Positions 11,042 through 21,784 of a stretch of 64,000 nucleotides of DNA are shown piece by piece; position 1 is the first letter of the stretch, and each line of letters opens with the position of its first letter. The stretch is from a virus: the IMG/VR virus record IMGVR_UViG_3300043449_002450, positions 64,001 through 128,000 of that record. One strand, written 5' to 3'. Below the pieces are notes generated by a model. It searched no databases, was not told the origin of the DNA, and saw nothing but the letters and a program-made list of their open reading frames with translations. A program made the translations under genes and the position numbers.

Positions 11042-14000
11042 ATGAAGATTGCGCATTTCGCTGACGTTCATTTTCGCGGTCTAGCACGCCATAACGAATA
11101 TAAAGAGGCATTCACAGACGCTTTTAAGACGCTACGACAGATCAAGCCCGATATCATCTACATCGGCGGCGACATTGTCCACTCTAAGACACAGGGGATC
11201 ACACCCGAGCTCATCGACATATTGACCTGGTGGTTCAACTCCATGACGGAGATTGCACCTGTCTATGTCCTGCTAGGCAATCACGACGGCTTAATTATGA
11301 ATAAGAGCCGGCAAGATGCGGTCACACCCATCATTGCCGCCATTGATAATCCACGCATCAAGCTGATGAAGACATCGGGCGTGTATGAGACAGAAGACGA
11401 TGACTTTGTTTTCTGCGCTTTCTCTCTATTTGATCGAGAAGGTTGGAAGAATGTGTCACCCCAGGATGGCAAGACCAACATAGCTCTGTTTCACGGCGCT
11501 GTCAAGGGAGCACTATCTGACACTGACTTTGAGCTTGAGGGCGAGATCAATCTCAACTTCTTTGAGAGGTATGACTACTCTCTTCTAGGTGACATTCACA
11601 AGCGACAGTTCCTCAACAATAAGAGAACCATTGCATATTGCGGATCCACCATCCAGCAGAATTACGCAGAAGAGCTTGTGAAGGGCTTCTTGCTCTGGGA
11701 CATTCGATCCCGTAATGATTTTGATGTCAAGTTCCACCAGGTCAAGAGCGTCAATCCATTCGTCACTGTAGAGTGGTCAGGCAGCAAGTCTGATCGGTCA
11801 CAGATCAAGAGACTCCAACAGGGCTCACGTGTTCGAATCGACGTTAAGTCAAGAGACACGACGGGCCTCAAGGATTTTTGCGAGCTGATCACAAAAGAAG
11901 TCTCACCATTTGAGATCACATACAAGACAAGCGTCAACGTAGAGACTGGCAGACAAGATGCCACTGTAAATGTTGCCGATACTATCGACGTCAAGCAGGC
12001 TCTTGTTGATTTCATCAGGCGCCGCGACCTGCCTGCAGACGTGTCAAAAGAGGCACTAGAACGTCTTGAATCTTACATGTCGCAACGTCAAGATGCAGAA
12101 GAAGCAATTAGGAATGTGAAGTGGGATCTTCGCCGGATCGAGTTTGATAACTTGTTCTCCTATGGTGAAGGCAATTACATCGATTTTGACACGATGCCCG
12201 GAATCACTGGTATTTTTGGTCGCAATAGGTCAGGAAAGTCATCCATCATCGGCGCGATCGTGTATGCGTTGTATAACACGACTGATCGCGGCAATATGAA
12301 GAATCTGCATGTCATCAATGCCAAGAAGAATGATTGTCGTGCGAAGGTGAGCCTGACAGTTTCATCTGATGACTATGAGATCTCTAGGGAGACCACGAAG
12401 AACTTTCCTAAAAAAGCCGAGGTGTGGGCATCCACCACCCTGTCTGTGACAAAGGTCTCTACGGGCGAGACAGTAGATCTTAATGATGAGCAGCGCAGAG
12501 AGACTGAGAAGGTCCTCCGTCGATTGATTGGGACATCTGACGATTTCTTCTACACCTGCCTTGCACCGCAAGGTAACATGAACTTGTTCATTAACGAGAA
12601 GTCGACCGCGCGCAAGCAGATGTTGACCCGTTTCCTTGACATCGATTACCTCGAGGATCTGCACAACCAGGTCAAGTCTGACATATCGCCCTACAAGACA
12701 AAGATCAAGATGATTGGGTCATCGTTAGACTGTAAGGCAAGAATTGATAGTTGCAATGCTGAGATCTTAAATCTTATCGATGATCGCGATGACAAGATCC
12801 ACAAGGCAGAGCTGGTTAGAGCAGAGCTTGCAGAGCTGAATAGCAATGTTCCCAAGGACCTTGTCAAGGATAAGCTCGAGATCGGTCGTCTTGAAAAGCT
12901 TGTTGACACAGCAAGAGCTGAGTCTGTAAAGCTGGAGAAAGAAATTAGCGAACTCAATACACATCTTACAGAGCTTAAGCTCAAGCTAGGCAAGGTCGAC
13001 AATGCACTTGATGGTATTGACTTCAATGAACTAGAAAAGTCTGCGCAAGATCAACGTGATATTGTTAGCCAGATTGATGCCGAAGAGCGCGACCTTAAGT
13101 CCAAGAGGCGAGAGAGAGACATCCTGCTTAAGTCTGTTGAACTTTTAAGTGAGGTGCCATGTATGGGGCAATTCCCGACATGTCAATTCATCTGCGATTC
13201 ACACAGTAACAAGGGCAAGCTTCCTGCTATAGAAAACCAGATTGGCCTCAAGGAGCGGACAATAGAGATCATGAGATCTCGCAGCGCCAGCCTTGAGAAA
13301 GAGAATCCAGCGTCTGCGCTAGGCAAGGCAAAGAAGATCAAGGAGCTACAGCGTGACCTGCAGGTCGATGTCAAGACCACAACAGCCAAGATCGATTTAG
13401 CAAGCGAGCGGCTAAGCACAAAGCTGAGTGAGATTAATGTCAACGGCGAACGCCTCGCGGATCTTCGAGAGACTGTTTCAGGTGTGGATCTACCTGATGG
13501 GCAGAAGATTGATAAGTTGACAACCCAGCTTAAGCAGATTGAGAAGAGCACTCTTGATATCGCAGCTCAGATAGGAACTCAAACAGAGAAGATTCGTCGG
13601 CTTAATGAGCAGGTTGATGAGATCGATTCAGCTCAGTCTACACTTCGCGTCCTTGAGACACTAGAGGCAGCTTTCTCTAAGAAGGGTGTCCCACAGGAGA
13701 TAATCTCTAGCGCCCTGCCTAGGATCAATGCTGAGATATCTAACATCCTGACGGGCATCGCAGGATTCACAGTCGAGATTGAGTGCGATGACTCAAATTC
13801 TGTCGAGATCTATCTCAACTACGGCGACAGCCGCCGCCTAATTGAGCTCGGTTCAGGTATGGAAAAGATGATCTCATCGATCGCAATTCGAGTCGCTCTC
13901 ACGAATATTTCATCACTTCCAAAGTCTACAATGCTCATTATTGATGAAGGATTTGGAGCGCTAGATGAAAGCAACCTTGAAGCATGCGCTCGCCTTCTAA

Positions 14001-14125
14001 CAAACCTAAAGAGCTATTTTAAGAATATCCTAATCATTTCTCACGTAGATGCTATAAAGGACATTGTCGATAATGTTATCGATATTAGCTGGGTTGATGG
14101 ATATGCCAGGGTGACATGTGATTAG
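11042..14125 (+). CDS. Fused Mre11(SbcD/gp47)-Rad50(SbcC/gp46) nuclease-ATPase
   Basis: N-terminal phosphoesterase motifs ADVH, GGDIVH, LGNHD, FHG, LGDIH; then Walker A GRNRSGKS, coiled coil, signature-like GSGME, Walker B IIDEGFGALD and H-loop ISH in one ORF. Confidence 0.92.
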   Translation: MKIAHFADVHFRGLARHNEYKEAFTDAFKTLRQIKPDIIYIGGDIVHSKTQGITPELIDILTWWFNSMTEIAPVYVLLGNHDGLIMNKSRQDAVTPIIAAIDNPRIKLMKTSGVYETEDDDFVFCAFSLFDREGWKNVSPQDGKTNIALFHGAVKGALSDTDFELEGEINLNFFERYDYSLLGDIHKRQFLNNKRTIAYCGSTIQQNYAEELVKGFLLWDIRSRNDFDVKFHQVKSVNPFVTVEWSGSKSDRSQIKRLQQGSRVRIDVKSRDTTGLKDFCELITKEVSPFEITYKTSVNVETGRQDATVNVADTIDVKQALVDFIRRRDLPADVSKEALERLESYMSQRQDAEEAIRNVKWDLRRIEFDNLFSYGEGNYIDFDTMPGITGIFGRNRSGKSSIIGAIVYALYNTTDRGNMKNLHVINAKKNDCRAKVSLTVSSDDYEISRETTKNFPKKAEVWASTTLSVTKVSTGETVDLNDEQRRETEKVLRRLIGTSDDFFYTCLAPQGNMNLFINEKSTARKQMLTRFLDIDYLEDLHNQVKSDISPYKTKIKMIGSSLDCKARIDSCNAEILNLIDDRDDKIHKAELVRAELAELNSNVPKDLVKDKLEIGRLEKLVDTARAESVKLEKEISELNTHLTELKLKLGKVDNALDGIDFNELEKSAQDQRDIVSQIDAEERDLKSKRRERDILLKSVELLSEVPCMGQFPTCQFICDSHSNKGKLPAIENQIGLKERTIEIMRSRSASLEKENPASALGKAKKIKELQRDLQVDVKTTTAKIDLASERLSTKLSEINVNGERLADLRETVSGVDLPDGQKIDKLTTQLKQIEKSTLDIAAQIGTQTEKIRRLNEQVDEIDSAQSTLRVLETLEAAFSKKGVPQEIISSALPRINAEISNILTGIAGFTVEIECDDSNSVEIYLNYGDSRRLIELGSGMEKMISSIAIRVALTNISSLPKSTMLIIDEGFGALDESNLEACARLLTNLKSYFKNILIISHVDAIKDIVDNVIDISWVDGYARVTCD

Positions 14126-14345
14126 CATGCCTTTCTTTTGTCAAGTTTGCGAATTTCCACACGATCTTCATCGTGACTGGCAATATTTTGAAAAATTTCA
14201 GATGTGCCAAGAGTGTGCAACATCTTTGGTAGAAGCTAGACAAGAAGAGTGGTCAAAGGGCTGGCGTCCAACAGACGAGCAGATACATATTTACATCAAC
14301 AGCCGTCTGGATCTAATGCGACGTGCGAGAGGGTTCAATGCTTAG
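14118..14345 (+). CDS. Small zinc-finger hypothetical protein
   Basis: CQVC...CQEC; overlaps both neighbouring genes by a few bases. Confidence 0.55.
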   Translation: MISMPFFCQVCEFPHDLHRDWQYFEKFQMCQECATSLVEARQEEWSKGWRPTDEQIHIYINSRLDLMRRARGFNA

Positions 14346-14721
14346 CATGCAAGAAGTCAATATCATCGGTCAAATATTGAATGACACATATGGCGCAAGC
14401 TCGACCATAAAATCTCCTACTTTCTCCATCAAGACAACGATGCAAGGCAACATGATCGTGTTCAATTACACAACAGTGGCAAACCTTGTCATGGGGCTAG
14501 ACATCCGGTCGCAGCTTAGGGAGCAGGAGAGAGCTTCTGTAAAGCTCATTGATGAGAAGGTTAAAGACCTCAAGTCAGAGTTTAAGAAAGCTGCTGGTCG
14601 CGCGCTTAAGATCAAGGAAGAGTCAACAAACGACTCTGTGGAGTTCATCTCCATGTCACCTCACAATCCCAAGAGGACTGTCTACTACAAGAGAAAGACA
14701 ATCTTTGTCTTGGGGGACTAG
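14338..14721 (+). CDS. Hypothetical protein upstream of terminase
   Basis: GAGGG SD before ATG 14338; ATATTTA late-type motif at 14287-14293. Confidence 0.6.
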   Translation: MLSMQEVNIIGQILNDTYGASSTIKSPTFSIKTTMQGNMIVFNYTTVANLVMGLDIRSQLREQERASVKLIDEKVKDLKSEFKKAAGRALKIKEESTNDSVEFISMSPHNPKRTVYYKRKTIFVLGD

Positions 14722-14724
14722 TAG

Positions 14725-16332
14725 ATGTCCACCGCACCGCCAAACAAGAACCGTCAGGTTCAAGAAATTATCCGGTGCGGCAAAGATCCGAGCTACTTCT
14801 TCAACACGTATGTGAAGATCCAGCACCCGACGAAGGGCTTGCTACCTTTTAAGACATTTCCATTTCAAGATGATTGTGTCCAGGACTTTATTGATCACAG
14901 ATTTACCGTTGTTGTTAAAAGTAGGCAGTTAGGTCTTTCTACGCTTGTTGCTGCATACGCAGTCTGGCTAGCATTATTCCAGAAAGATAAAAACATACTC
15001 ATCATCGCAACTAAACTCCAGGTCGCGCAGAACTTCATCAAGAAGACCAAGACCATGTTGAGAAATTTGCCACCTTGGTTGATATTGCCCCAGGTGACGG
15101 CCAATAACAAGCAGATGGTAGAGTTTAGCCATGGATCATCAATCAAGGCTATTCCAACTTCAGATGATGCAGGACGTTCAGAAGCGCTCTCTCTTCTAAT
15201 CATCGATGAGGCAGCATTCATTAGAAACTTCGATGAGCTCTGGACGGGCCTTTATCCTACACTGTCGACAGGTGGTCGCGCAATTGTTCTATCGACTCCC
15301 AATGGTGTTGGTGGTCAATATTATAAGCTGTATAAAGAAGCTGAGTCTGGTGTCAACGAGTTTAAATCGATCAAGCTAAATTGGGATGTCCACCCGGAGA
15401 GAGATCAAGCTTGGTTTGAGAAAGAGACTAGGAACATGTCACCAAGGCAGGTCGCACAGGAATTGCTATGCGACTTTGCATCATCAGGAGAGACATTTCT
15501 TGGCGAAGATGATTTAAAGTGGATTTATTCAAACATTAAGAATCCTATAGAGCGGCAAGGATCTGACAGAAACATCTGGGTATGGAAATATCCTCTATCT
15601 GAGCACAAGTATGTTATATCTGGAGATGTCGCTAGAGGCGACGGAAAGGATTACTCTACATTTCACATACTCGACCTCAATACGGGAGAAGTTGTCGCTG
15701 AATATAGGGGTAAAATAGCACCGGATAGATTTGGTGATCTATTAAGTGAGTATGGGCACAAATACAACAGAGCGTTAATGTGTCCAGAGAACAATTCATT
15801 TGGTTACGCGACAATAATCAGACTTCGCGATCTCAACTATCCAAAGATGTATTACCAGAAGAGCACGGCAGTATACATTGGTGATTATATTCCACCTGGA
15901 AATACGGACACGGCAGGATTTAACACCAGCGGAAAGACACGCGCTCTAATTTTAACTAAGCTCGAAGAGCTCTTACGCAATAAGCAAGTAGTATCTTACT
16001 CATCTAGATTCTACGACGAATTAAAAACTTTCGTGTGGCAAGACAACAGAGTTTCTGCAATGAAGGGCGAAAACGATGACCTTGTCATGTCGTTGGCAAT
16101 TGGATGCTGGCTCTACGATGCCTCTGCTGAACACTCAAGAGATTCTGACGTTATAAATCGTGCCATGATTGCAGCTATGTCAGTTAATTCTAATAACTTC
16201 AATGGTGCCGCGAATAGTATTATGAAGAATGAGCATATAAAAAATGTTCAAGCTAAGCGCGACCTTGTCACAGGTGGTCTTAGGTCGATGAACACAATTC
16301 CCCCAGAATTTAGCTGGGTCTACAAGGGTTAA
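14725..16332 (+). CDS. Terminase large subunit (T4 gp17-like)
   Basis: KSRQLGLST Walker A, LLIIDEAAF Walker B, STPNG coupling motif, nuclease GDVARG...NDDLVMS. Confidence 0.95.
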   Translation: MSTAPPNKNRQVQEIIRCGKDPSYFFNTYVKIQHPTKGLLPFKTFPFQDDCVQDFIDHRFTVVVKSRQLGLSTLVAAYAVWLALFQKDKNILIIATKLQVAQNFIKKTKTMLRNLPPWLILPQVTANNKQMVEFSHGSSIKAIPTSDDAGRSEALSLLIIDEAAFIRNFDELWTGLYPTLSTGGRAIVLSTPNGVGGQYYKLYKEAESGVNEFKSIKLNWDVHPERDQAWFEKETRNMSPRQVAQELLCDFASSGETFLGEDDLKWIYSNIKNPIERQGSDRNIWVWKYPLSEHKYVISGDVARGDGKDYSTFHILDLNTGEVVAEYRGKIAPDRFGDLLSEYGHKYNRALMCPENNSFGYATIIRLRDLNYPKMYYQKSTAVYIGDYIPPGNTDTAGFNTSGKTRALILTKLEELLRNKQVVSYSSRFYDELKTFVWQDNRVSAMKGENDDLVMSLAIGCWLYDASAEHSRDSDVINRAMIAAMSVNSNNFNGAANSIMKNEHIKNVQAKRDLVTGGLRSMNTIPPEFSWVYKG

Positions 16333-16334
16333 AC

Positions 16335-18389
16335 ATGGCAAAGAATGAAAACATCTTCAATCGGCTAACATCGCTTTTTAGAAGCGGTCCAGTCGTTAAG
16401 AGAAGAGTAAAAGAATACAAGCCGAGTGAGCAAAATACCTCGGCTTATGAACTCTTTAGGAAGACACAGTCGAACGTCTATAGCACAGCAATGAGTGCCT
16501 ATGGCACGTATGACCGAATGGCAAGATATTCTGACTTTCAAGAGATGGAATACACACCAGAAATAGCGTCCGCGCTAGACATCTACGCTGAAGAGTCTGT
16601 TTCACCCGATGAGAAGGGCAATATTGTTCATATTTACTCAGAAAATGCTCAGATTCAGAAGCTGCTAAATGAGCTCTTTTATGATACGCTCAACGTCAAC
16701 TTTAATATGACGTCCTGGGCGCGCAACATGTGCAAATATGGCGACTTCTTCCTCTTTAACGACGTCTCACCTGAGCATGGCGTTATAAATGTCTTTCCAA
16801 TTGCTGTCAATGAGATCGAACGTGAGGAAGGATTTGATAAGAACGATCCTCTGGCTGTCCGGTATCGCTGGGTAACACAGGGTAATCAGGTCCTGCAGAA
16901 CTGGCAGGTAAGCCATTTTAGAATCTTGGGAAATGATGCATTTCTTCCATATGGAACATCAGTCCTAGAAGCAGCAAGACGTATCTGGCGTCAATTGATC
17001 CTCGTTGAAGACGCGATGCTAGTCTATCGAATTGTTCGTGCACCAGATCGTCGAGTTTTCTACATTGACGTTGGTAACGTTCCGCCTGAAGAAATTCCTA
17101 ATTACATGGAGCAAGTCCAATCAACGCTTAAGAAGAACCAGGTTATTGACAGGAATACAGGGCGCGTTGACTTGAGATATAACCCAATGTCTGTCGATGA
17201 GGACTACTTCTTGCCCGTTAGAGGTGGCCAGACAGGCACTAAGATTGATCCTCTTGCAGGTGGCCAGAACGCTGCGGCGATCGAAGATGTGCAGTATATC
17301 CAGAAGAAGCTTTTCTCTGCACTTAAGATACCCAAAGCATACCTTGGCTATGATGAGGGATTGGGCGCAAAGGCAACACTTTCGCAGGAAGACATACGAT
17401 TCTCCAGGTCTATCAATAGAATCCAGCGGACAATTGTGTCTGAGCTTAATAAGCTTGCAATTGTTCACCTCTACTGCAATGGCTTTGAGGGACATGATTT
17501 GTTAGATTTTGAATTAAAGCTAACAAATCCTTCAACGATTGCTCAACAACAAAAGCTTGAACTTTATACAACAAAGTTCACAATTGCGCAGACTGCAACA
17601 GGAATAGACGGTCTTGTTGATAAGCGCTGGATTAAGAAGAACATCTTCATGATGCCTGACGAAGAGATCGAGTCAATCGAGAGAGGTCTTTACAAGGACA
17701 AGGAGATGTCGCTGAAGCTTGAGGCTGTCAAACTACCCGAGCCCGAAGCACCCGCGGGCGGTCCGCCCGGAGAAAGTGGGACTCCTGCAGAACCAGCGCC
17801 AGGCGGAGGACCTCCTGGAGGTGGTGAGAGCCCGCTAGGTAATCTTGACCTTGGCGGCGGTGCTTCTGGTGAACCAATAACTTCTGGTGACACAAGAAAT
17901 CCATTTAAGCTTCCAACGCTTGATGAAGATGAGTTTGAGACACCCATTAATTTGGACCAGATCGCGTCGATCAAGGGATTACCATTGCGCGCCTTTGCAG
18001 GTCTTTCTAGAGCACCAGGCGTTGCGTCCAGAAGCTTGCTAGATGAGACTAAGGCGGGACCTGATTATGCAGCTAGAGAGCGTCACAACGCTCGTCGTCG
18101 AAAAGGAACTAGAGCAAATACTTCTACAGATCACGCAGCGCTCGTTGGCGTTGATAAAAGCGACCCTAGAGATTCAATTGCGCACCCATACGGTGAAAAG
18201 AAGGACCTTGTTAACCCCTTAAAGAACGCACACAAGGTAAAGATTGATGAGTCTGGAAATGATGACTTCTTTGACACATACTTAGATAGCAAGCTTGATA
18301 TCACAGAAATGAACCAGCACAACATTAACAGAATAATTAAGAATTTGAGATCTAACAACTCTGAGTCAAATACTCCAGAGGAGGAATAA
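16335..18389 (+). CDS. Portal protein (T4 gp20-like) with long C-terminal extension
   Basis: PEIASALDIYAEE, EDAMLVYRIVRAPDRRVFYIDVGNVP, EDYFLPVRGG and ALKIPKAYL are gp20-family motifs. Confidence 0.95.
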   Translation: MAKNENIFNRLTSLFRSGPVVKRRVKEYKPSEQNTSAYELFRKTQSNVYSTAMSAYGTYDRMARYSDFQEMEYTPEIASALDIYAEESVSPDEKGNIVHIYSENAQIQKLLNELFYDTLNVNFNMTSWARNMCKYGDFFLFNDVSPEHGVINVFPIAVNEIEREEGFDKNDPLAVRYRWVTQGNQVLQNWQVSHFRILGNDAFLPYGTSVLEAARRIWRQLILVEDAMLVYRIVRAPDRRVFYIDVGNVPPEEIPNYMEQVQSTLKKNQVIDRNTGRVDLRYNPMSVDEDYFLPVRGGQTGTKIDPLAGGQNAAAIEDVQYIQKKLFSALKIPKAYLGYDEGLGAKATLSQEDIRFSRSINRIQRTIVSELNKLAIVHLYCNGFEGHDLLDFELKLTNPSTIAQQQKLELYTTKFTIAQTATGIDGLVDKRWIKKNIFMMPDEEIESIERGLYKDKEMSLKLEAVKLPEPEAPAGGPPGESGTPAEPAPGGGPPGGGESPLGNLDLGGGASGEPITSGDTRNPFKLPTLDEDEFETPINLDQIASIKGLPLRAFAGLSRAPGVASRSLLDETKAGPDYAARERHNARRRKGTRANTSTDHAALVGVDKSDPRDSIAHPYGEKKDLVNPLKNAHKVKIDESGNDDFFDTYLDSKLDITEMNQHNINRIIKNLRSNNSESNTPEEE

Positions 18390-19255
18390 TGAGTAGCCCG
18401 ATAAGCATTAATCACAATAAGAAGAGAAACGTGGGAGTGGTCTACGAACTGCTCCTCCGTGCTGTGTCATCTTACATTGTTGAGGGGAAGAAAGATAAAG
18501 CGCAGTTAGCACTTGACATTATCTCTAAGAGATTTTCACAAGACACAGAGTTGTTTAAAGAGTTTAGACTCTTCAATGCTCTTGCCAAAACACAGATCAC
18601 AGATCCTACTGTCGCAGCCGTTATTTTGACAGAAACAAAAGCAGCAGCTAGACGTCTCGATCTAGCAAAGCTTGATAGAGAAAAATCGCTATTGATCAGA
18701 GATATCAATCATAGTCTTGATGATTCGAGCTTCTATCACAGGCGTTTGAATAACTACCGCGATTTGGCTACGATACAAGTAGCAATTAACGAGTGGGTGC
18801 TTTGTGACAGGTCAGACTTCTCACAAACTTTGATGGTAGAGTCAAAACTAATTGAGCAACTCAAGAACAATAAGGCAAATCCCGAACCTCTTGAGAACCA
18901 AAAGAGTGATGCTGTTGACAATCTTGTTGTTAAGATTCTAAATGAAAAGTTTAATAAGAAATATGAGGGAAAGCTTACAGATGACCAGCGATCTTTAATT
19001 CAAGATTATGTTATTACTAGAACAAACGGCATAGTCTCAAAAGATATGGTTGATAGAGCCAAAAGAATTAAAAATGAGGCACTTGTTTGTCTAGAGACAA
19101 TTCAGAAAACAGAGAGCAATACCGTTATACAGGAAAACATAAAGAGTGTTAGAAACAAGGTGTCTGAACTTGATGTTGATGATCTAAATGATGACACATT
19201 AAGCAAACTCATGACACTATCACAGCTTGCCAAAGAAACACAGGAGACGAAATGA
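18389..19255 (+). CDS. Hypothetical head-module protein
   Basis: Translationally coupled between portal and protease; HNKKRNVGVVYELL N-terminus; predicted helical. Confidence 0.6.
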   Translation: MSSPISINHNKKRNVGVVYELLLRAVSSYIVEGKKDKAQLALDIISKRFSQDTELFKEFRLFNALAKTQITDPTVAAVILTETKAAARRLDLAKLDREKSLLIRDINHSLDDSSFYHRRLNNYRDLATIQVAINEWVLCDRSDFSQTLMVESKLIEQLKNNKANPEPLENQKSDAVDNLVVKILNEKFNKKYEGKLTDDQRSLIQDYVITRTNGIVSKDMVDRAKRIKNEALVCLETIQKTESNTVIQENIKSVRNKVSELDVDDLNDDTLSKLMTLSQLAKETQETK

Positions 19256-19860
19256 ATAACGCTCTCACACTTCTAACTGAGTGGCTACCTCTATCTTTGA
19301 CACCAAATGTTGTCAAAGAGTCCAAGCAGATCAATGGTGGCAAAATAATGCTGCGTGGCGTCATACAGCGTGCAGATACTCTCAACCAAAATGGAAGAAT
19401 ATACCCACGCGCCATTCTTGAGAGAGAGATCATAAACTATCAAAAGTTTATTCGAGAGAATAGAGCACTCGGTGAGTGTGACCATCCCGATACTTCCGTT
19501 GTAGAGCTAAAGAATGTCTCACACATAGTCAGAGAGGCTCACATGGACGGCGATACTGTGTTTGGCACAGTTGAACTGCTCGACACGCCAAGCGGCAAGA
19601 TACTTCAGTCTCTAATCGAAAGTGGTGTGACACTTGGCATTTCATCACGCGGCGTAGGATCTACGCGTCAGCAGTCAGGCAGTCTTGTTGTTCAAGAAGA
19701 CTTCCAGTTAATTTGCTTTGACATAGTTTCCGAGCCAAGCACACCAGGTGCCTTCATGATGAACGAATCAAAGGTTGTTAGACCATCTGATTTGCGTGCG
19801 ACGTTTAATAAGTCTGACAGAATTAATAGAATCTTCAATGACATAAAAACATGGAAGTGA
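19252..19860 (+). CDS. Prohead core protease (T4 gp21-like)
   Basis: NQNGRIYP, ALGECDHP, VSH, GISSRGVGS and FDIVSEPSTPGAF motifs. Confidence 0.93.
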   Translation: MNNALTLLTEWLPLSLTPNVVKESKQINGGKIMLRGVIQRADTLNQNGRIYPRAILEREIINYQKFIRENRALGECDHPDTSVVELKNVSHIVREAHMDGDTVFGTVELLDTPSGKILQSLIESGVTLGISSRGVGSTRQQSGSLVVQEDFQLICFDIVSEPSTPGAFMMNESKVVRPSDLRATFNKSDRINRIFNDIKTWK

Positions 19861-19861
19861 C

Positions 19862-20377
19862 ATGAAGATGACGCGTCAAGATCTTAAGAGCATAGTAAAG
19901 GAATGTCTTGTGGAGATACTATCTGAAGGGCTAGTTGAGTCCACTAGAAGCATAAATGAAAGTCGACAGCAGCAAGCACCTGTCCGCCGAGAAGCACAAC
20001 AGACAAGACAGGCTCCCGCGCCTATGCGTCCAACAACAGCAGATAAGATTAGTTTCTTACCTGCTCGTCAAGAGATAGCAACACAGCAAGCGCAACAGGC
20101 ACGTCCTCGCCAATCGATTGCAGCAGGTCTAACAAGCGACCCAATTCTGGCTGAGATGTTCGCTGACACTGAGCGTAATGGTGGGCACTTAAAGATAAAT
20201 GAATCACCATCAGCACCTCACAAAGTGAGCTATGAGCAGATGATATCGACAGCGGGCGACGCCGCCTCTAAGAAAATGCTTGTAAGCGAGCCTGCTGACG
20301 TCTTCGGCGAAGCATCAAATAAGTGGGCAGCTCTAGCTTTTGCTGAGAAGGGACCCGCAGGATCGCGCGCAGTGTGA
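19862..20377 (+). CDS. Hypothetical prohead core/internal protein
   Basis: MKMTRQDLKSIVKECLVEILSEG amphipathic N-terminus with several (L/I)xE sites; located in the head module. Confidence 0.6.
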   Translation: MKMTRQDLKSIVKECLVEILSEGLVESTRSINESRQQQAPVRREAQQTRQAPAPMRPTTADKISFLPARQEIATQQAQQARPRQSIAAGLTSDPILAEMFADTERNGGHLKINESPSAPHKVSYEQMISTAGDAASKKMLVSEPADVFGEASNKWAALAFAEKGPAGSRAV

Positions 20378-20409
20378 TACGTAGATAATGCAACCCCAGG
20401 GGATAAAAC

Positions 20410-20700
20410 ATGGCAACTAGACTAACACCAGATACTCTTCGCAGGCTTGTCCTCGAGGAGAAGGCAAAAGTAGAAAGGCAGCTTGACAAGGCAGCTCTCA
20501 AGGAGCTCGCTCTTGACGCCGAAGAAGAGGGCGATTGGTCGCACCCAAAGGGCCAGAAGACAGTTAAGCAGACTGCTGGCAAGAAGCTTGCGACTCTCAA
20601 GATGCTCAAGGAGCACGAGGAGAAGCTCCGCAAGCAGCTTCGTGAGACAACAGAGCGTCGTCTTGCGCTTCGTCGACAGCTGATGAATGAGATAGACTAA
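20410..20700 (+). CDS. Small coiled-coil hypothetical head protein
   Basis: GGGGA SD; ATACGTA motif at 20377-20383; LRRLVLEE N-terminus. Confidence 0.6.
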   Translation: MATRLTPDTLRRLVLEEKAKVERQLDKAALKELALDAEEEGDWSHPKGQKTVKQTAGKKLATLKMLKEHEEKLRKQLRETTERRLALRRQLMNEID

Positions 20701-20717
20701 TTTACTAGGACTTCATT

Positions 20718-21251
20718 ATGTCAACATTAAGAACAGCTACAGTCATCCCGCAAGGTCCTCCTGGTGAAGGTGGATTTGGGCACAGGAGCGATGTAAACAT
20801 TAGAGCAATGTTTAGAACTCCTGTTGGCACAACTTACAGCGAAGAAGCTGTCAGAAATGCTGCTGTTGCCGCTTTTAATGGCGCAGGTGGCCCAGGCGAC
20901 AGCATTCCTAACATAGGCGTTTCTAATGGCGTCATCAATGATGGCGGCCACGCATTCGGATCTTTTGATTTGAATTACACAAACGCACCAGATTTTAGCA
21001 CTGTCCTCGTCGGCGGCGAAGGTTTGCCTGCGTCGCCTTATGTTCCTAACCTAGCATCTCCAGGGCCGGGCAGCACTTCTCCAAGTGACCAGCCCGAGTA
21101 TCTTGGGAACATACCTGAGGCTCGAGCACAATATGGTTCTGGAATGGGTAGTGCTGTTGCACCTAGCACAACAGCACCTGGCATTTCTTCTCAAAAGATT
21201 GGTGCATATATCTCTGGAAGATCTTACAGAGGATCTGACGGTATCTACTAA
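20718..21251 (+). CDS. Gly/Pro-rich hypothetical virion protein
   Basis: AGGA SD; 177 aa; stop codon coupled to the next ATG. Confidence 0.6.
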   Translation: MSTLRTATVIPQGPPGEGGFGHRSDVNIRAMFRTPVGTTYSEEAVRNAAVAAFNGAGGPGDSIPNIGVSNGVINDGGHAFGSFDLNYTNAPDFSTVLVGGEGLPASPYVPNLASPGPGSTSPSDQPEYLGNIPEARAQYGSGMGSAVAPSTTAPGISSQKIGAYISGRSYRGSDGIY

Positions 21252-21784
21252 TGCCTAAATACGTCCATGACCAACGCGTAGGTGCTGGTTACGGAGCTGT
21301 AGGCGGTCGCGGGCTCCGGCACAACTCAACAGTTGCCGGAGCCCGCTTTCCATACAATGGCGATGACTCTGAACCCATAGACATGGATGACGAGGATCAG
21401 GAGACACGTGACATTATTGGGCGTCGTTTAAGCCACTCTAATATTGCACGTGAGCCTAGCCAGAGCATGAGGCGCGACTACTTCACAATGTCTAAGAACC
21501 GCCTTAATCTTGCTGAAACTGATTCACAAGCAAGAACTCTGTTAGGCATGGTGCCGTTCCCAATGCAAAGAATAGATGGACCTGCAATAGGTGGGCACTC
21601 TTCAAATCGTGCCTACAGGGTCGCACCGGGCAGAATTGATGGATCACCGTATGGTTGGACAAAGGGTGCAATGAATAAGAAATGGGGTGACGAGAATGAA
21701 GCACCACCCAGATTCATGGACGCTATAGATCCCGAAGTTAGAGAAAAAGTTAGCTTAAAGTTGAAAATACCACGTCTAAGATAA
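21251..21784 (+). CDS. Hypothetical protein (head module)
   Basis: TAATG coupling; 177 aa, low complexity. Confidence 0.55.
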   Translation: MPKYVHDQRVGAGYGAVGGRGLRHNSTVAGARFPYNGDDSEPIDMDDEDQETRDIIGRRLSHSNIAREPSQSMRRDYFTMSKNRLNLAETDSQARTLLGMVPFPMQRIDGPAIGGHSSNRAYRVAPGRIDGSPYGWTKGAMNKKWGDENEAPPRFMDAIDPEVREKVSLKLKIPRLR

